A DNA stretch of 64,000 bases from assembly GCA_963755715.1 (NCBI GenBank), contig CAVWLW010000068.1, positions 53,304 through 117,303 on the forward strand, in the 5' to 3' direction. Below, piece after piece: positions 23,045-32,768 of this stretch. Source of the stretch: an uncultured delta proteobacterium (GTDB taxonomy: Bacteria; Desulfobacterota; Binatia; UBA9968). Below the pieces are notes generated by a model. That model was not told where the DNA came from, did not search any database, and was given only the letters and a program-made list of their open reading frames with translations. Made by a program: the position numbers and the translations under genes. Each line of letters starts with the position of its first letter. Position 1 is the first letter of the stretch.

Positions 23045-23819
23045 ATGCGACCGAGTCATGTCACCGCCGCAATTGTACTGCGTCATCGGCCTTTTGGGGA
23101 GTCTGATAAAATAATCTCATTTTTGACGGAGGACTTTGGCAAACTTACCGGCATTGCCAAAGGAGCAATGCGGTCGCGCAAGCGGTTCGTAAATTCTTTG
23201 GAACCGTTTGCCTTAGTGAACCTTCGCTTTCACGACCGTCCGCACAGTAGCTTGGCGTTTATTCTAGCAGCGGATACTGGTTACGAGTTTTAGCAAGCTG
23301 CTCAATAGCCTGGAACGAATTTCTTACGCCTCGTACTTGGTTGAAATTACCGATGGATTGGTCGGCGAACGGGAAGAAAATGGCGAGATTTATCGCCACC
23401 TAAGGGACGGACTGAGTTTTCTCGAACAAAATGAAACGTCGCTTCGATTTCTCACGGCCTTCGAGTTAAAACTTTTGCGCCTAGTCGGCTACCAGCCGTT
23501 TTTGGACAACTGCAAAGGATGTCGCAGTGTTCTCGACGAGGCCAGATCCCAATGGCATTTCAGTCCGATCGATGGCGGCATACTCTGCGAATCCTGTGCG
23601 CGTGCACGCAAGCAGATTCTGCCGCTTGGGGCGACGGCGGTAGAAGTGCTAACCGCATTACAGATGGAAACTGAACTCTCCCGCGTATCGCTGCCGCGGT
23701 CGGTCATACATGAAATTCGCGCGGCGCTGCTGGGTTTTATACAGTTTCAAATGGATCGAGAAATCAAATCGGCAGCTTTTTTATCCGCCTTTTCTGCCGC
23801 GGAATCCGACACGACTTAG
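23045..23819 (+). CDS. recO: DNA repair protein RecO (frameshift near 23290)
   Basis: FGESDKII..GIAKGA..SRKRF..LEPF, then FELKLL..GYQP and two CxxC motifs in the next frame. Confidence 0.9.
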
Positions 23820-23878
23820 ACTCGCCAACACAGCAAATCTACAGCAAAGTTAAATAACCTCGACGAGGACGCAAAATC

Positions 23879-26590
23879 ATGCCGAACAAGAAAAGGAATA
23901 TTTTCTTTTTTGGAAACGGGAAAGCCGAAGGCAATGCTAGTATGCGCGATCTGCTCGGCGGCAAAGGCGCAGGCTTGCATGAAATGACTCGGATTGGGAT
24001 CCCCGTCCCGCCGGGATTTACGATCAGTACCGCCGTATGCGGCTACTACGATTCGCACAGCCATCGTTATCCTAAAGGTATCGAGGGGCAAGTCGCACAA
24101 GCCCTCGCGCGGGTGGAAAAAATCCTCGATCGGCGTTTCGGCGCCGCCGACAACCCTTTGCTCGTCTCGGTTCGCTCGGGCGCGCGCGAATCCATGCCAG
24201 GGATGATGGACACGGTTTTGAATTTGGGTCTTAACGATCGAACCGTGCAAGGTTTGATTCAGCGAACCAAGAACCCGAGATTCGTATTCGACTCTTACCG
24301 GCGATTCATCCACATGTACGCTGATGTGGTTCTCGGCATCAAGGCGGCGAGTAAGACTAACGGCGATCCCCTCGCTGCGATCCTGGAGCGCAAAAAAAAC
24401 AGCCGCGGAGCGCGTTTTGACACGGATCTCGACGCCGCGGACTTACAAGACCTGGTTTGCGAGTATAAGGCCGAGATCAAGAAAACATTAGGGAAAGATT
24501 TTCCCGAAGATCCCATGGATCAATTGTGGCGTGCGATCGGCGCCGTATTTGGCTCGTGGAACAACGATCGCGCGATCGCTTATCGCGAGCTTTACCAAAT
24601 TTCCCACAATTGGGGCACGGCTGTGAACGTCCAAGCCATGGTCTTTGGTAATCTCGGCGATGATTGCGCGACCGGAGTCGCTTTCACACGCGACCCAGCC
24701 ACCGGCGATAAGCGGTTCTATGGCGAGTTTCTCGTGAATGCCCAGGGCGAGGACGTGGTCGCGGGCATTCGCACGCCTAGGCCCATTGCAGAACTTTGCC
24801 AAGCGATGCCCAAGGCGGCAAGTGAGCTGCAAAAGGTTTGCAAGCTCCTCGAAAAGCATTATCGAGAAATGCAGGACATCGAATTCACGATTGAAAAGGG
24901 CAAGCTCTGGATGCTGCAAACACGCGCCGCCAAGCGCACTGGGTTTGCCGCGGTGCGCATTGCCGTCGACATGGTCGAAGAACGCATCATCAGCAAAAAA
25001 GAAGCTTTGCTGCGCATCGAGCCGGATCAGCTCAACCAATTGCTGCGACCGGTTTTCGACCAGAAAGGCAAAGAAAAAGCTCATCTATTGGGCAAAGGTT
25101 TACCCGCGGGGCCTGGCGCGGCCACCGGCCGGGTGGTTTTTGATGCCGAGGACGCCGTCGAGTGGAAAAAGCGCGGCGAGCGAGTCGTGCTCTGTCGCAT
25201 TGAAACCAGTCCCGACGATATCCGCGGCATGGACGCGGCGCAGGGAATATTGACAGCCCGCGGTGGCATGACCTCCCACGCGGCATTGGTGGCGAGACAA
25301 ATGGGCAAAGTGTGCGTCGCGGGTTGTGAGGTTTTGCACGTCGACTATGCCGCTCGTACCTTGCGAGTCGATCAGACCGAGCTCAAAGAGGGTGAATGGA
25401 TTTCGATTGACGGTAGCACGGGCGAAGTTTTTCAAGGCGAAATCCAAACTTTGCCGTCGGAGGTTTTGCGAGTTGTGCTGACGCACTCGTTAGATCCAAA
25501 AGAGTCACTCATTTATCGACAGTTCGCCAAGCTCATGAATTGGGCGGACGAAGTGCGCACGCTTGGGGTGCGCACCAACGCCGATCAACCCGATCAAGCG
25601 GCGATCGGTAAAGCGTTCGGCAGCGAGGGCATCGGTCTTTGCCGCACCGAGCACATGTTTTTTCAGGGCGAGCGCATCCAGGCGGTGCGAGAAATGATCC
25701 TCGCCGATGACGAGGTCGGACGGCGGCGCGCGTTGGCAAAGCTCTTGCCGATGCAGAAACAAGATTTCAAGGGCATTCTTGAAATCATGGGAACCTTACC
25801 TGTAACCATTCGGACGCTCGACCCGCCATTGCACGAATTCTTGCCGAAGCATGACAGCGAGATCGTCGAGCTCGCTCAGGTCATGGGAGTCGCGGTCGAA
25901 GTGCTGCGCGATAAGGTGAACGTTTTGCACGAATTCAATCCGATGTTGGGTCATCGCGGCTGCCGCTTGGGGATTTCCTTCCCCGAAATAACCGAAATGC
26001 AAGCACAGGCGATTTTCGAAGCCGCTTGCGAGCTGCGGCGCGAAGGCAAGAACCCATTTCCCGAGGTCATGATCCCTCTGGTCGGCTCTCTACCTGAGCT
26101 GCACGAGCAAAAGGCCATCGTAGAGCGGATTGCGAACGCGACCCAGAAGTCTTACGGCGTCAAAGTGCGCTACCTAATCGGCACGATGATCGAGTTACCG
26201 AGGGCTTGCATGGTCGCTGACGAAATTGCCGAAGAAGCTGAGTTTTTCTCCTTCGGCACTAATGATCTTACACAGACCTGCCTGGGCTTATCGCGGGATG
26301 ATGCGGGAAAATTCTTGCCGAGCTACGTTTTACAGGGCATCTTGCCGGAAGATCCGTTCGTCACCATAGACCGAGACGGGGTCGGTGCACTTATGCGGAT
26401 CGCCATAGCAAAAGGCCGGAAAACCCGCAAAAAACTCGAAATCGGCATCTGCGGTGAACACGGCGGTGATCCGAAATCGGTAGCTTATTGCCACGACATC
26501 GGCCTCGATTACGTGAGTTGCTCACCGTACCGGGTTGCGATTGCTCGATTAGCTGCGGCGCAAGCCGCGTTACGAAAAAAATTTAATTAG
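23879..26590 (+). CDS. ppdK: Pyruvate, phosphate dikinase
   Basis: LGGKGA, SVRSGA..SMPGMMDT, GGMTSHAA phospho-His, FSFGTNDL, CGEHGG. Confidence 0.97.
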   Translation: MPNKKRNIFFFGNGKAEGNASMRDLLGGKGAGLHEMTRIGIPVPPGFTISTAVCGYYDSHSHRYPKGIEGQVAQALARVEKILDRRFGAADNPLLVSVRSGARESMPGMMDTVLNLGLNDRTVQGLIQRTKNPRFVFDSYRRFIHMYADVVLGIKAASKTNGDPLAAILERKKNSRGARFDTDLDAADLQDLVCEYKAEIKKTLGKDFPEDPMDQLWRAIGAVFGSWNNDRAIAYRELYQISHNWGTAVNVQAMVFGNLGDDCATGVAFTRDPATGDKRFYGEFLVNAQGEDVVAGIRTPRPIAELCQAMPKAASELQKVCKLLEKHYREMQDIEFTIEKGKLWMLQTRAAKRTGFAAVRIAVDMVEERIISKKEALLRIEPDQLNQLLRPVFDQKGKEKAHLLGKGLPAGPGAATGRVVFDAEDAVEWKKRGERVVLCRIETSPDDIRGMDAAQGILTARGGMTSHAALVARQMGKVCVAGCEVLHVDYAARTLRVDQTELKEGEWISIDGSTGEVFQGEIQTLPSEVLRVVLTHSLDPKESLIYRQFAKLMNWADEVRTLGVRTNADQPDQAAIGKAFGSEGIGLCRTEHMFFQGERIQAVREMILADDEVGRRRALAKLLPMQKQDFKGILEIMGTLPVTIRTLDPPLHEFLPKHDSEIVELAQVMGVAVEVLRDKVNVLHEFNPMLGHRGCRLGISFPEITEMQAQAIFEAACELRREGKNPFPEVMIPLVGSLPELHEQKAIVERIANATQKSYGVKVRYLIGTMIELPRACMVADEIAEEAEFFSFGTNDLTQTCLGLSRDDAGKFLPSYVLQGILPEDPFVTIDRDGVGALMRIAIAKGRKTRKKLEIGICGEHGGDPKSVAYCHDIGLDYVSCSPYRVAIARLAAAQAALRKKFN

Positions 26591-26660
26591 TCCAAATAGT
26601 TAATGGAATTGTATACGGAAATAAAACCTCATTCCTTTATTTGTCACCAGCTAGATTTTA

Positions 26661-26689
26661 TTGACAGAATCTTGGTGATCTACGATAAT
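26661..26689 (+). promoter_or_regulatory. Putative sigma70 promoter of the pilB operon
   Basis: TTGACA-17 bp-GATAAT, 22 bp upstream of the pilB ATG. Confidence 0.65.
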
Positions 26690-26711
26690 TTGTCACTTAT
26701 CGTAGGAACCT

Positions 26712-28439
26712 ATGGAACCACGTTTTGCGGAATTGTTGGTAAAGGGAGGCGTAGTAACCCGCGAGCAGCTCACGGAAGCGCAAAAAAAAGAAAGAGAGAA
26801 CGCTTCCAGTATCATTAAAGAAGTCGTTCGACTGGGGTATTCGAGCGAAGAAATCTTAAGCGCATTTCTCGCCAAACAATTTGGCATTGAAACCGCGGAA
26901 CTCGTTCCCGGCGAAATTGAAGACGCGGTATTTGCCTTAGTCCCGCCGCAGATAATTCAGAAGCATCAGTTGGTCCCTTATAAACTTTTCGGCTCGACTC
27001 TTACCGTCGCCATGTCCGACCCGACGGATCTGGTCGCGATCAACGAAGTCAAATTCGTGACCGGTTACGGTGTGCGCGTCGTGCTGGTGACCCCATCGAA
27101 TATCAAAAAGATGCTGGATCACCGCTTTGGCGGGGTGAGTTATGACGATGTGCTGAAAAAGTTCGGTGACGGCGAGATGGAGGTCGTCCAGGAGAGTGAC
27201 GATGTAAACCTCCAGGAGTTGCAACAAGCCACCATGGACGCGCCCGTGGTGACCCTGGTCAACGCAATTCTTGCCGATGCGGCAAAACGCCGCTGCAGCG
27301 ATATTCATATCGAGCCCTACGAAAAAATCTTTCGGGTTCGGTTTCGCATCGACGGCGTGCTGCAGGAAATCATGAGTCCGCCGCTGCGGCTGAAAAATGC
27401 TCTGGTGTCGCGCTTAAAAGTCATGGCTGGTTTGGATATCGCGGAGCGGCGGCTGACCCAAGACGGCCGCATCAAGCTCAAAATGGGCATGGGCGGTGAA
27501 TTGGACGTTCGTGTTTCCATCCTGCCCACCTTGTTCGGCGAGAAAGTCGTGATGCGCTTGTTGGATAAGTCCAATCTGCAACTCGACATGGCCAAGTTGG
27601 GTTTTGATCCGCAGAATTTGAAAGATTTCCACGAGGCGATTCATAAGCCTTATGGGATGATTCTGATTACGGGTCCGACCGGAAGCGGCAAGTCGACCAC
27701 GCTTTATTCCGCTCTATCGGATCTCAACAAGCCTGATGTAAACATTTCCACCGCTGAAGATCCGGTGGAATACAATTTGGTGGGAATTAATCAAGTTCAG
27801 GTTAGAGAACAAATAGGCCTCAATTTCGCTGCCTGTCTGCGTTCATTCCTTCGCCAAGACCCAGATATCATCATGGTTGGCGAAATTCGTGACCTCGAAA
27901 CGGCGCAGATCGCTATTAAAGCCGCTTTGACGGGCCATCTGGTCTTGAGCACGCTCCATACCAATGACTGCCCGGCGACTGTGGATCGCTTGATCAACAT
28001 GGGAACCGAACCGTTTCTTTTGACGTCGTCGATCAACATAATCCTAGCCCAACGGTTAGTGCGGAAAATATGCGATCAATGCAAAGAGCCAATTGAAATA
28101 AAACCGGAGGTTTTGATTAACCTCGGCATCGATGCTGCGGAGGTAGGCGCAGGTTTTCCAACTTTTCACGGTCGAGGCTGCAACAATTGCGGCGGTACGG
28201 GGTATCGGGGCCGATTAGCGGTGTATGAGGTCATGGTGATGCGTGAAGAGCTCAAAGAAATGATCTTGAAAGCAGCCTCAGCCATGGAACTTAAGCGTGA
28301 GGCCGTCAAACTCGGCATGAGCACGCTGCGCATGAGTGCATTGCAAAAGGTGCGCGAGGGCCTGACCACCGTCGACGAGACTATTCGGGTTACCGACAAC
28401 GATAAAGGTTTCGGTTCGGTTTTTTCGCTTGGATTCTAA
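26712..28439 (+). CDS. pilB: Type IV pilus assembly ATPase
   Basis: SDIHIEP, GPTGSGKSTTLY, EDPVEY, LRQDPD, TGHLVLSTLH, tetracysteine motif. Confidence 0.95.
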   Translation: MEPRFAELLVKGGVVTREQLTEAQKKERENASSIIKEVVRLGYSSEEILSAFLAKQFGIETAELVPGEIEDAVFALVPPQIIQKHQLVPYKLFGSTLTVAMSDPTDLVAINEVKFVTGYGVRVVLVTPSNIKKMLDHRFGGVSYDDVLKKFGDGEMEVVQESDDVNLQELQQATMDAPVVTLVNAILADAAKRRCSDIHIEPYEKIFRVRFRIDGVLQEIMSPPLRLKNALVSRLKVMAGLDIAERRLTQDGRIKLKMGMGGELDVRVSILPTLFGEKVVMRLLDKSNLQLDMAKLGFDPQNLKDFHEAIHKPYGMILITGPTGSGKSTTLYSALSDLNKPDVNISTAEDPVEYNLVGINQVQVREQIGLNFAACLRSFLRQDPDIIMVGEIRDLETAQIAIKAALTGHLVLSTLHTNDCPATVDRLINMGTEPFLLTSSINIILAQRLVRKICDQCKEPIEIKPEVLINLGIDAAEVGAGFPTFHGRGCNNCGGTGYRGRLAVYEVMVMREELKEMILKAASAMELKREAVKLGMSTLRMSALQKVREGLTTVDETIRVTDNDKGFGSVFSLGF

Positions 28440-28533
28440 AGCGAATGGGGTGATCGGCCGCATGCGCATAGATCAATTATTTTTTACGTGTTCGCGATGA
28501 AATCGATTTATTAGCAAGTTAACGGAAGAGGTT

Positions 28534-29760
28534 ATGGCGACATTTGTTTGGGAAGGCCGAACGGCCCAAGGAAGGGTGGTTAAAGGTGACAATCTCGAGG
28601 CGCCGAGTTTGGAGGCCGCACTCGCCCGCCTCCGCGAGCAGCGCATTCGACCGATTGCCAACCGCGTTAAAGAAAAGGGCAAAGGATTCGACAAAGAGAT
28701 CTCGATACCCGGCTTTGGCGACAAGGTCACGACGAAGGATCTCTCCCTAGCTACCCGGCAATTGGCCACCATGATCGATGCCGGTTTGCCAATCGTGCAG
28801 TGCTTAGACATTTTGGCGGAACAATCGGAGAGCAAGCTTCTGCGCACTACGATAGGTACCATTAAAAAGGATGTTGAGGGAGGCTGCACGCTCGCGGACG
28901 CTCTAAGAAAGCACCCCAAGATCTTCGATGACCTTTACGTGAACATGGTCGAGGCCGGTGAAGCCGGCGGTATTTTGAACACGATCCTAAATCGGATTGC
29001 GTTGTTCATCGAAAAAGCCAACCGACTGAAGAAAAAAGTCAAAGGCGCCATGATCTATCCTTGCGCGATCGTCGGCGTCGCGGTGATCGTGGTCGCGGTC
29101 TTGATGATTTTCGTTATCCCCGTCTTTGCCGAGCTTTACGGCAGTATGGGAAAAGCTCTTCCAGCACCGACTCAGATTTGTATCAATATCAGCAACTGGT
29201 TCGTTGCCTACTGGTATGTGCTCGTGGCCGGCATAGCCGGCATCATTAGCGGCACTTCCTTTTACTACAAGACGCCGCACGGCCGCATGAAAATCGATGG
29301 GATCATGCTCCGGATGCCGATCATCGGCGATCTTTTGCGCAAAGTAGCCGTGGCGCGTTTTTCACAGAACATGGCGCTGCTGCTGAGTTCCGGCGTCCCG
29401 ATTCTCGATGGTCTGGCGATTACCGGCAGGACCGCAGGCAATAAAGTCGTTGAAAAAGCAATCATGGAGAGCCGCATAAGCATCAGCCAAGGTAAAACCG
29501 TTGCCGAACCACTGCGTGACAGCAAAATTTTTCCGCCTCTGGTCTGTCAGATGGTGGCGGTCGGCGAAAGTACCGGTGGGCTCGATACGATGCTCAAGAA
29601 AGTAGCCGAGCTTTATGAAGAAGAAGTCGACGACGCGGTCAACAACCTAACGGCAATGATGGAACCGATGATCATGATCGTTCTCGGTGTCGTGCTGGGC
29701 GGCCTAGTCATCGCCATGTATCTGCCGATATTCCAGATGGGTTCATTAGTCGGCGGATGA
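28534..29760 (+). CDS. pilC: Type IV pilus inner-membrane platform protein
   Basis: TRQLATMIDAG, GEAGG, MIYP, GESTG, MYLPIF (GspF family). Confidence 0.95.
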   Translation: MATFVWEGRTAQGRVVKGDNLEAPSLEAALARLREQRIRPIANRVKEKGKGFDKEISIPGFGDKVTTKDLSLATRQLATMIDAGLPIVQCLDILAEQSESKLLRTTIGTIKKDVEGGCTLADALRKHPKIFDDLYVNMVEAGEAGGILNTILNRIALFIEKANRLKKKVKGAMIYPCAIVGVAVIVVAVLMIFVIPVFAELYGSMGKALPAPTQICINISNWFVAYWYVLVAGIAGIISGTSFYYKTPHGRMKIDGIMLRMPIIGDLLRKVAVARFSQNMALLLSSGVPILDGLAITGRTAGNKVVEKAIMESRISISQGKTVAEPLRDSKIFPPLVCQMVAVGESTGGLDTMLKKVAELYEEEVDDAVNNLTAMMEPMIMIVLGVVLGGLVIAMYLPIFQMGSLVGG

Positions 29761-29813
29761 TTCGAATAGCGTTCGATACCAACAGGTGAAAGACCGGCAC
29801 GAGACGCGCTTTC

Positions 29814-31856
29814 GTGAATGATGAAAACAAAAAATTGACGGAAAAGATCCGCTGGCTGCTGCTGCTGCGGGTAGTGATTCTATCTTTTTTTCTAGGCGCG
29901 ACGGCGCTGTTTCATTTCTTTGGAACAGAAGGAGACGTGGCCTATCTGATCAGTCTCTCCATCCCGCTGGTCCTCGCCTACGTCATATCGATTATTTCCG
30001 TCGCTGTCTTGCCCAAAGTAGGCAGCTTGCGCCTATTCGCCCACGCACAAGTCTGCTTCGACGTCATTCTGATCACCGGCATCATCTGGATCACCGGAGA
30101 CATCGCCAGCCCGTTCTCGGTTCTTTATAACCTCGCCGTCATGAACGGCGCGATTTTGCTTTTTTATCGCGGTGCGTTTTTTACCGCGGCGTGCTCAAGC
30201 CTGTCCTATTCGGGATTGCTCCTCTGGTCGCGCTTTCTCAATTCGGGCCAGGGAACGCCGCTTACGTGGTCGACCCTCATCCCGATCGTGCTGAGCATCA
30301 GCAGTTTCTTCGTGATCGCATGGCTCAGCGGCTTTCTGGCCAATAAACTGAGCGAGACCGAACAACTGCTAAAAGAAAAGCAAATCGACTACCAAGAGTT
30401 GGATGCGTTCAAGGACGCGCTGTTACAAGGAATCGGTAGCGGCGTGGCAATCACCGATCCCGATGGACGAATCAACTATTTCAATCAGCAGGCGCAAGCG
30501 CTGACCATGCTCGATGAAGCGAACCTAAAGGGCAAGCGGCTCGATCAAGTCTTCCCGGGTTTGAGCTATGACTTTCAACGCAATCGCAGCGCCGGTGCGC
30601 TCGTGACGGATGAATTGGCTCTTGCCAATTCCTCGACTCAGGGTGCAGCCAAACAGATTCGCCTGACGCTTGCGCCGCTCAATAATTTGAACGGCCAACC
30701 GATTGGCTTTCTTTCGATCTTCGAAGACATCACTCGACAAAAACAAATAGAAGAAAAAGTACGGCTAGAGGAAGAACTGCGCAGGGGAAGGGAAGTTGAA
30801 TTGAACCAGACCTCACCTGCGAGGGATAACCCCGAGTTTCACTTTGAAGGCGTGATCGGTAAAAGCGGTGGAATCGAAAAAATCTATCACCTGATCCAGA
30901 AGGTTGCGGCCAGCAGCACAAATATTCTGATCTCCGGTGAGAGTGGCACCGGCAAAGAGTTGGTGGCGCGCGCGATCCATCTAAACGGGCCGCGCCACGG
31001 CAAACCGTTCATCGCCGTCAATTGTGGCGCGATTCCGGAGAACCTTATTGAAAGCGAGCTCTTCGGACATGTGCGTGGCGCTTTTACCGGCGCCGTATCG
31101 GATCACACCGGACTCTTCAAGCAGGCCGACCAGGGAACGATTTTTTTAGATGAGGTCGGTGAGTTGCCGCTCCACCTTCAAGTCAAGCTGTTGCGAGTTC
31201 TCCAGGAAAAGAGTTTCACTCCCGTCGGCGGCAGCAAACCGATCAAGGTCGACGTGCGAGTGATTTCGGCCACTAACCGGGAATTGCGCAAGGAACTCGA
31301 AGAAGGACGATTTCGCGAAGATTTGTTTTATCGCCTGAACGTCGTCCAGATGGTCATGCCGCCACTGCGCACCAGAAAGGAAGATATCTCCGCTCTCGCA
31401 CACTACTTCTTGCGGAAGTTTGCCGCCTCTCATGACAAAAAGGTCGAAGAAATTTCTAGCGGCGCCCTGATGCAACTGATGAATCACACCTACCCGGGAA
31501 ACGTACGGGAGCTCGAAAATATCATTGAGCATGCTGTTGCGGTGACCAATAAGAATATTCTGGCGGAAGAGGATTTGCCGCAACATATTAAGAGCCTGCC
31601 GCTTGGCGAAGAAGTGGATCTATTCGAGAAAACCGCGCCCGGTGGCGCGGACCTATTTTTTAGCAAAGGCTTGTCGTTAGACGTGGAGCTCGAAACCCAT
31701 GAAAAGTGTATTTTGCTAGGGGCGCTGAAGCGCGCCAACGGCGTGCAGAAAAGGGCCGCTGAGATCCTTGGTATTAACTATCGATCGCTCCGTCATCGTC
31801 TGGAAAAATACGATCTACTCAATTCTAAAAGCGATTCCCCCAGCGACCAGCAGTAA
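29814..31856 (+). CDS. PilS-sensor/PilR-output fusion: multi-TM domain + PAS + sigma54 AAA+ + HTH
   Basis: N-terminus with about 5-6 TMs (QVCFDVILITGIIWITG..SPFSVLY, PilS-like), PAS (GVAITDPDGRINYFN..FEDIT), GESGTGKE, ESELFGH, GAFTGA, FLDEVGE, C-terminal AAEILGINYRSLRHRL. No H-box, HATPase or receiver domain. Confidence 0.85.
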   Translation: MNDENKKLTEKIRWLLLLRVVILSFFLGATALFHFFGTEGDVAYLISLSIPLVLAYVISIISVAVLPKVGSLRLFAHAQVCFDVILITGIIWITGDIASPFSVLYNLAVMNGAILLFYRGAFFTAACSSLSYSGLLLWSRFLNSGQGTPLTWSTLIPIVLSISSFFVIAWLSGFLANKLSETEQLLKEKQIDYQELDAFKDALLQGIGSGVAITDPDGRINYFNQQAQALTMLDEANLKGKRLDQVFPGLSYDFQRNRSAGALVTDELALANSSTQGAAKQIRLTLAPLNNLNGQPIGFLSIFEDITRQKQIEEKVRLEEELRRGREVELNQTSPARDNPEFHFEGVIGKSGGIEKIYHLIQKVAASSTNILISGESGTGKELVARAIHLNGPRHGKPFIAVNCGAIPENLIESELFGHVRGAFTGAVSDHTGLFKQADQGTIFLDEVGELPLHLQVKLLRVLQEKSFTPVGGSKPIKVDVRVISATNRELRKELEEGRFREDLFYRLNVVQMVMPPLRTRKEDISALAHYFLRKFAASHDKKVEEISSGALMQLMNHTYPGNVRELENIIEHAVAVTNKNILAEEDLPQHIKSLPLGEEVDLFEKTAPGGADLFFSKGLSLDVELETHEKCILLGALKRANGVQKRAAEILGINYRSLRHRLEKYDLLNSKSDSPSDQQ

Positions 31857-32052
31857 CAAAATTTGTCACTTGGCTCGCTGGCAAAATTCCGTAATACCAA
31901 AGTTTAAATTTTGCGTGGTGTTTGCCAGGCGCCACAAGATCGAGCTGATATAGGGAGCAACTTGCTAAAAGATAAAGGCTTTGGTCATGGCTAGGAGATT
32001 TATCGATGTGCCGATTGTGGCCGTTATATGACAGGAGTAGGCGAATTTATTC

Positions 32053-32068
32053 TGGCCCTGCTTTTGCT
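32053..32068 (+). promoter_or_regulatory. sigma54 (-24/-12) promoter of pilA
   Basis: TGGCCCTGCTTTTGCT with correct GG-N10-GC spacing, about 170 bp upstream of pilA. Confidence 0.7.
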
Positions 32069-32241
32069 CGCTAGGCGTTGCAACGTTTCAGTCGAAAATA
32101 CGACATCGACACCCAAAGGAGGTGACGCATCATAAGCATGCAGATCAGAAGAGCATTGGACATCGAACGCAGGTAGTTAGTTTAGAAGAAGTCACTAATA
32201 GAGATTACAAACAACCTAATAATAGAAGGGAGTATTGGTAG

Positions 32242-32640
32242 ATGAATAGACTAAGATTACAGAACGAATCGGGGTTCACCCTGATTGAGTTGTTGGTTGT
32301 CGTTGCCATCATTGGTATCTTGGCGGCCATCGCGATTCCTCAGTTTGCGGCATATAGAAAGCGTGGTCATGAGGCGCAGGTCAAGTCTGACTTGAGAAAT
32401 GCAGCGGTGGCCGAGGAAGCGTATTTTGCAGCTCAATCTGCGTACAAATCATCTTCTTCTGCATGGACCGGTGGTGCATCGCCGACCGTCCCGGGTTTCA
32501 ACGCCACCACTGGAGTAGCTGTATTTTCGGTGGCTGGAACCAACACGTTTTTGCTGACAGCGACGCACGCGAACTGCGGTACCAATGTCTGGACTTTCAG
32601 TAGCGGTAACGGCACGATTAGTGGTAGCGCTTGTCCATAA
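32242..32640 (+). CDS. pilA: Type IVa major pilin
   Basis: Prepilin cleavage G|FTLIELLVVVAIIGILAAIAIPQF with E5, C-terminal Cys pair, own terminator. Confidence 0.93.
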   Translation: MNRLRLQNESGFTLIELLVVVAIIGILAAIAIPQFAAYRKRGHEAQVKSDLRNAAVAEEAYFAAQSAYKSSSSAWTGGASPTVPGFNATTGVAVFSVAGTNTFLLTATHANCGTNVWTFSSGNGTISGSACP

Positions 32641-32677
32641 GCGGCAAATACATCGGGTAACCCGATTATCGGGATTC

Positions 32678-32711
32678 AAAAAAGGGGGCCACGCTAGGCC
32701 CCTTTTTTTTC
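32678..32711 (+). terminator. Rho-independent terminator of pilA
   Basis: AAAAAAGGGGGCC-ACGCTA-GGCCCCTTTTTTTTT. Confidence 0.88.
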
Positions 32712-32768
32712 AGCTTTAAAAAATCATACGACGAGGTCAATTCCCACCAATTTTATAGGTCACAAGAC

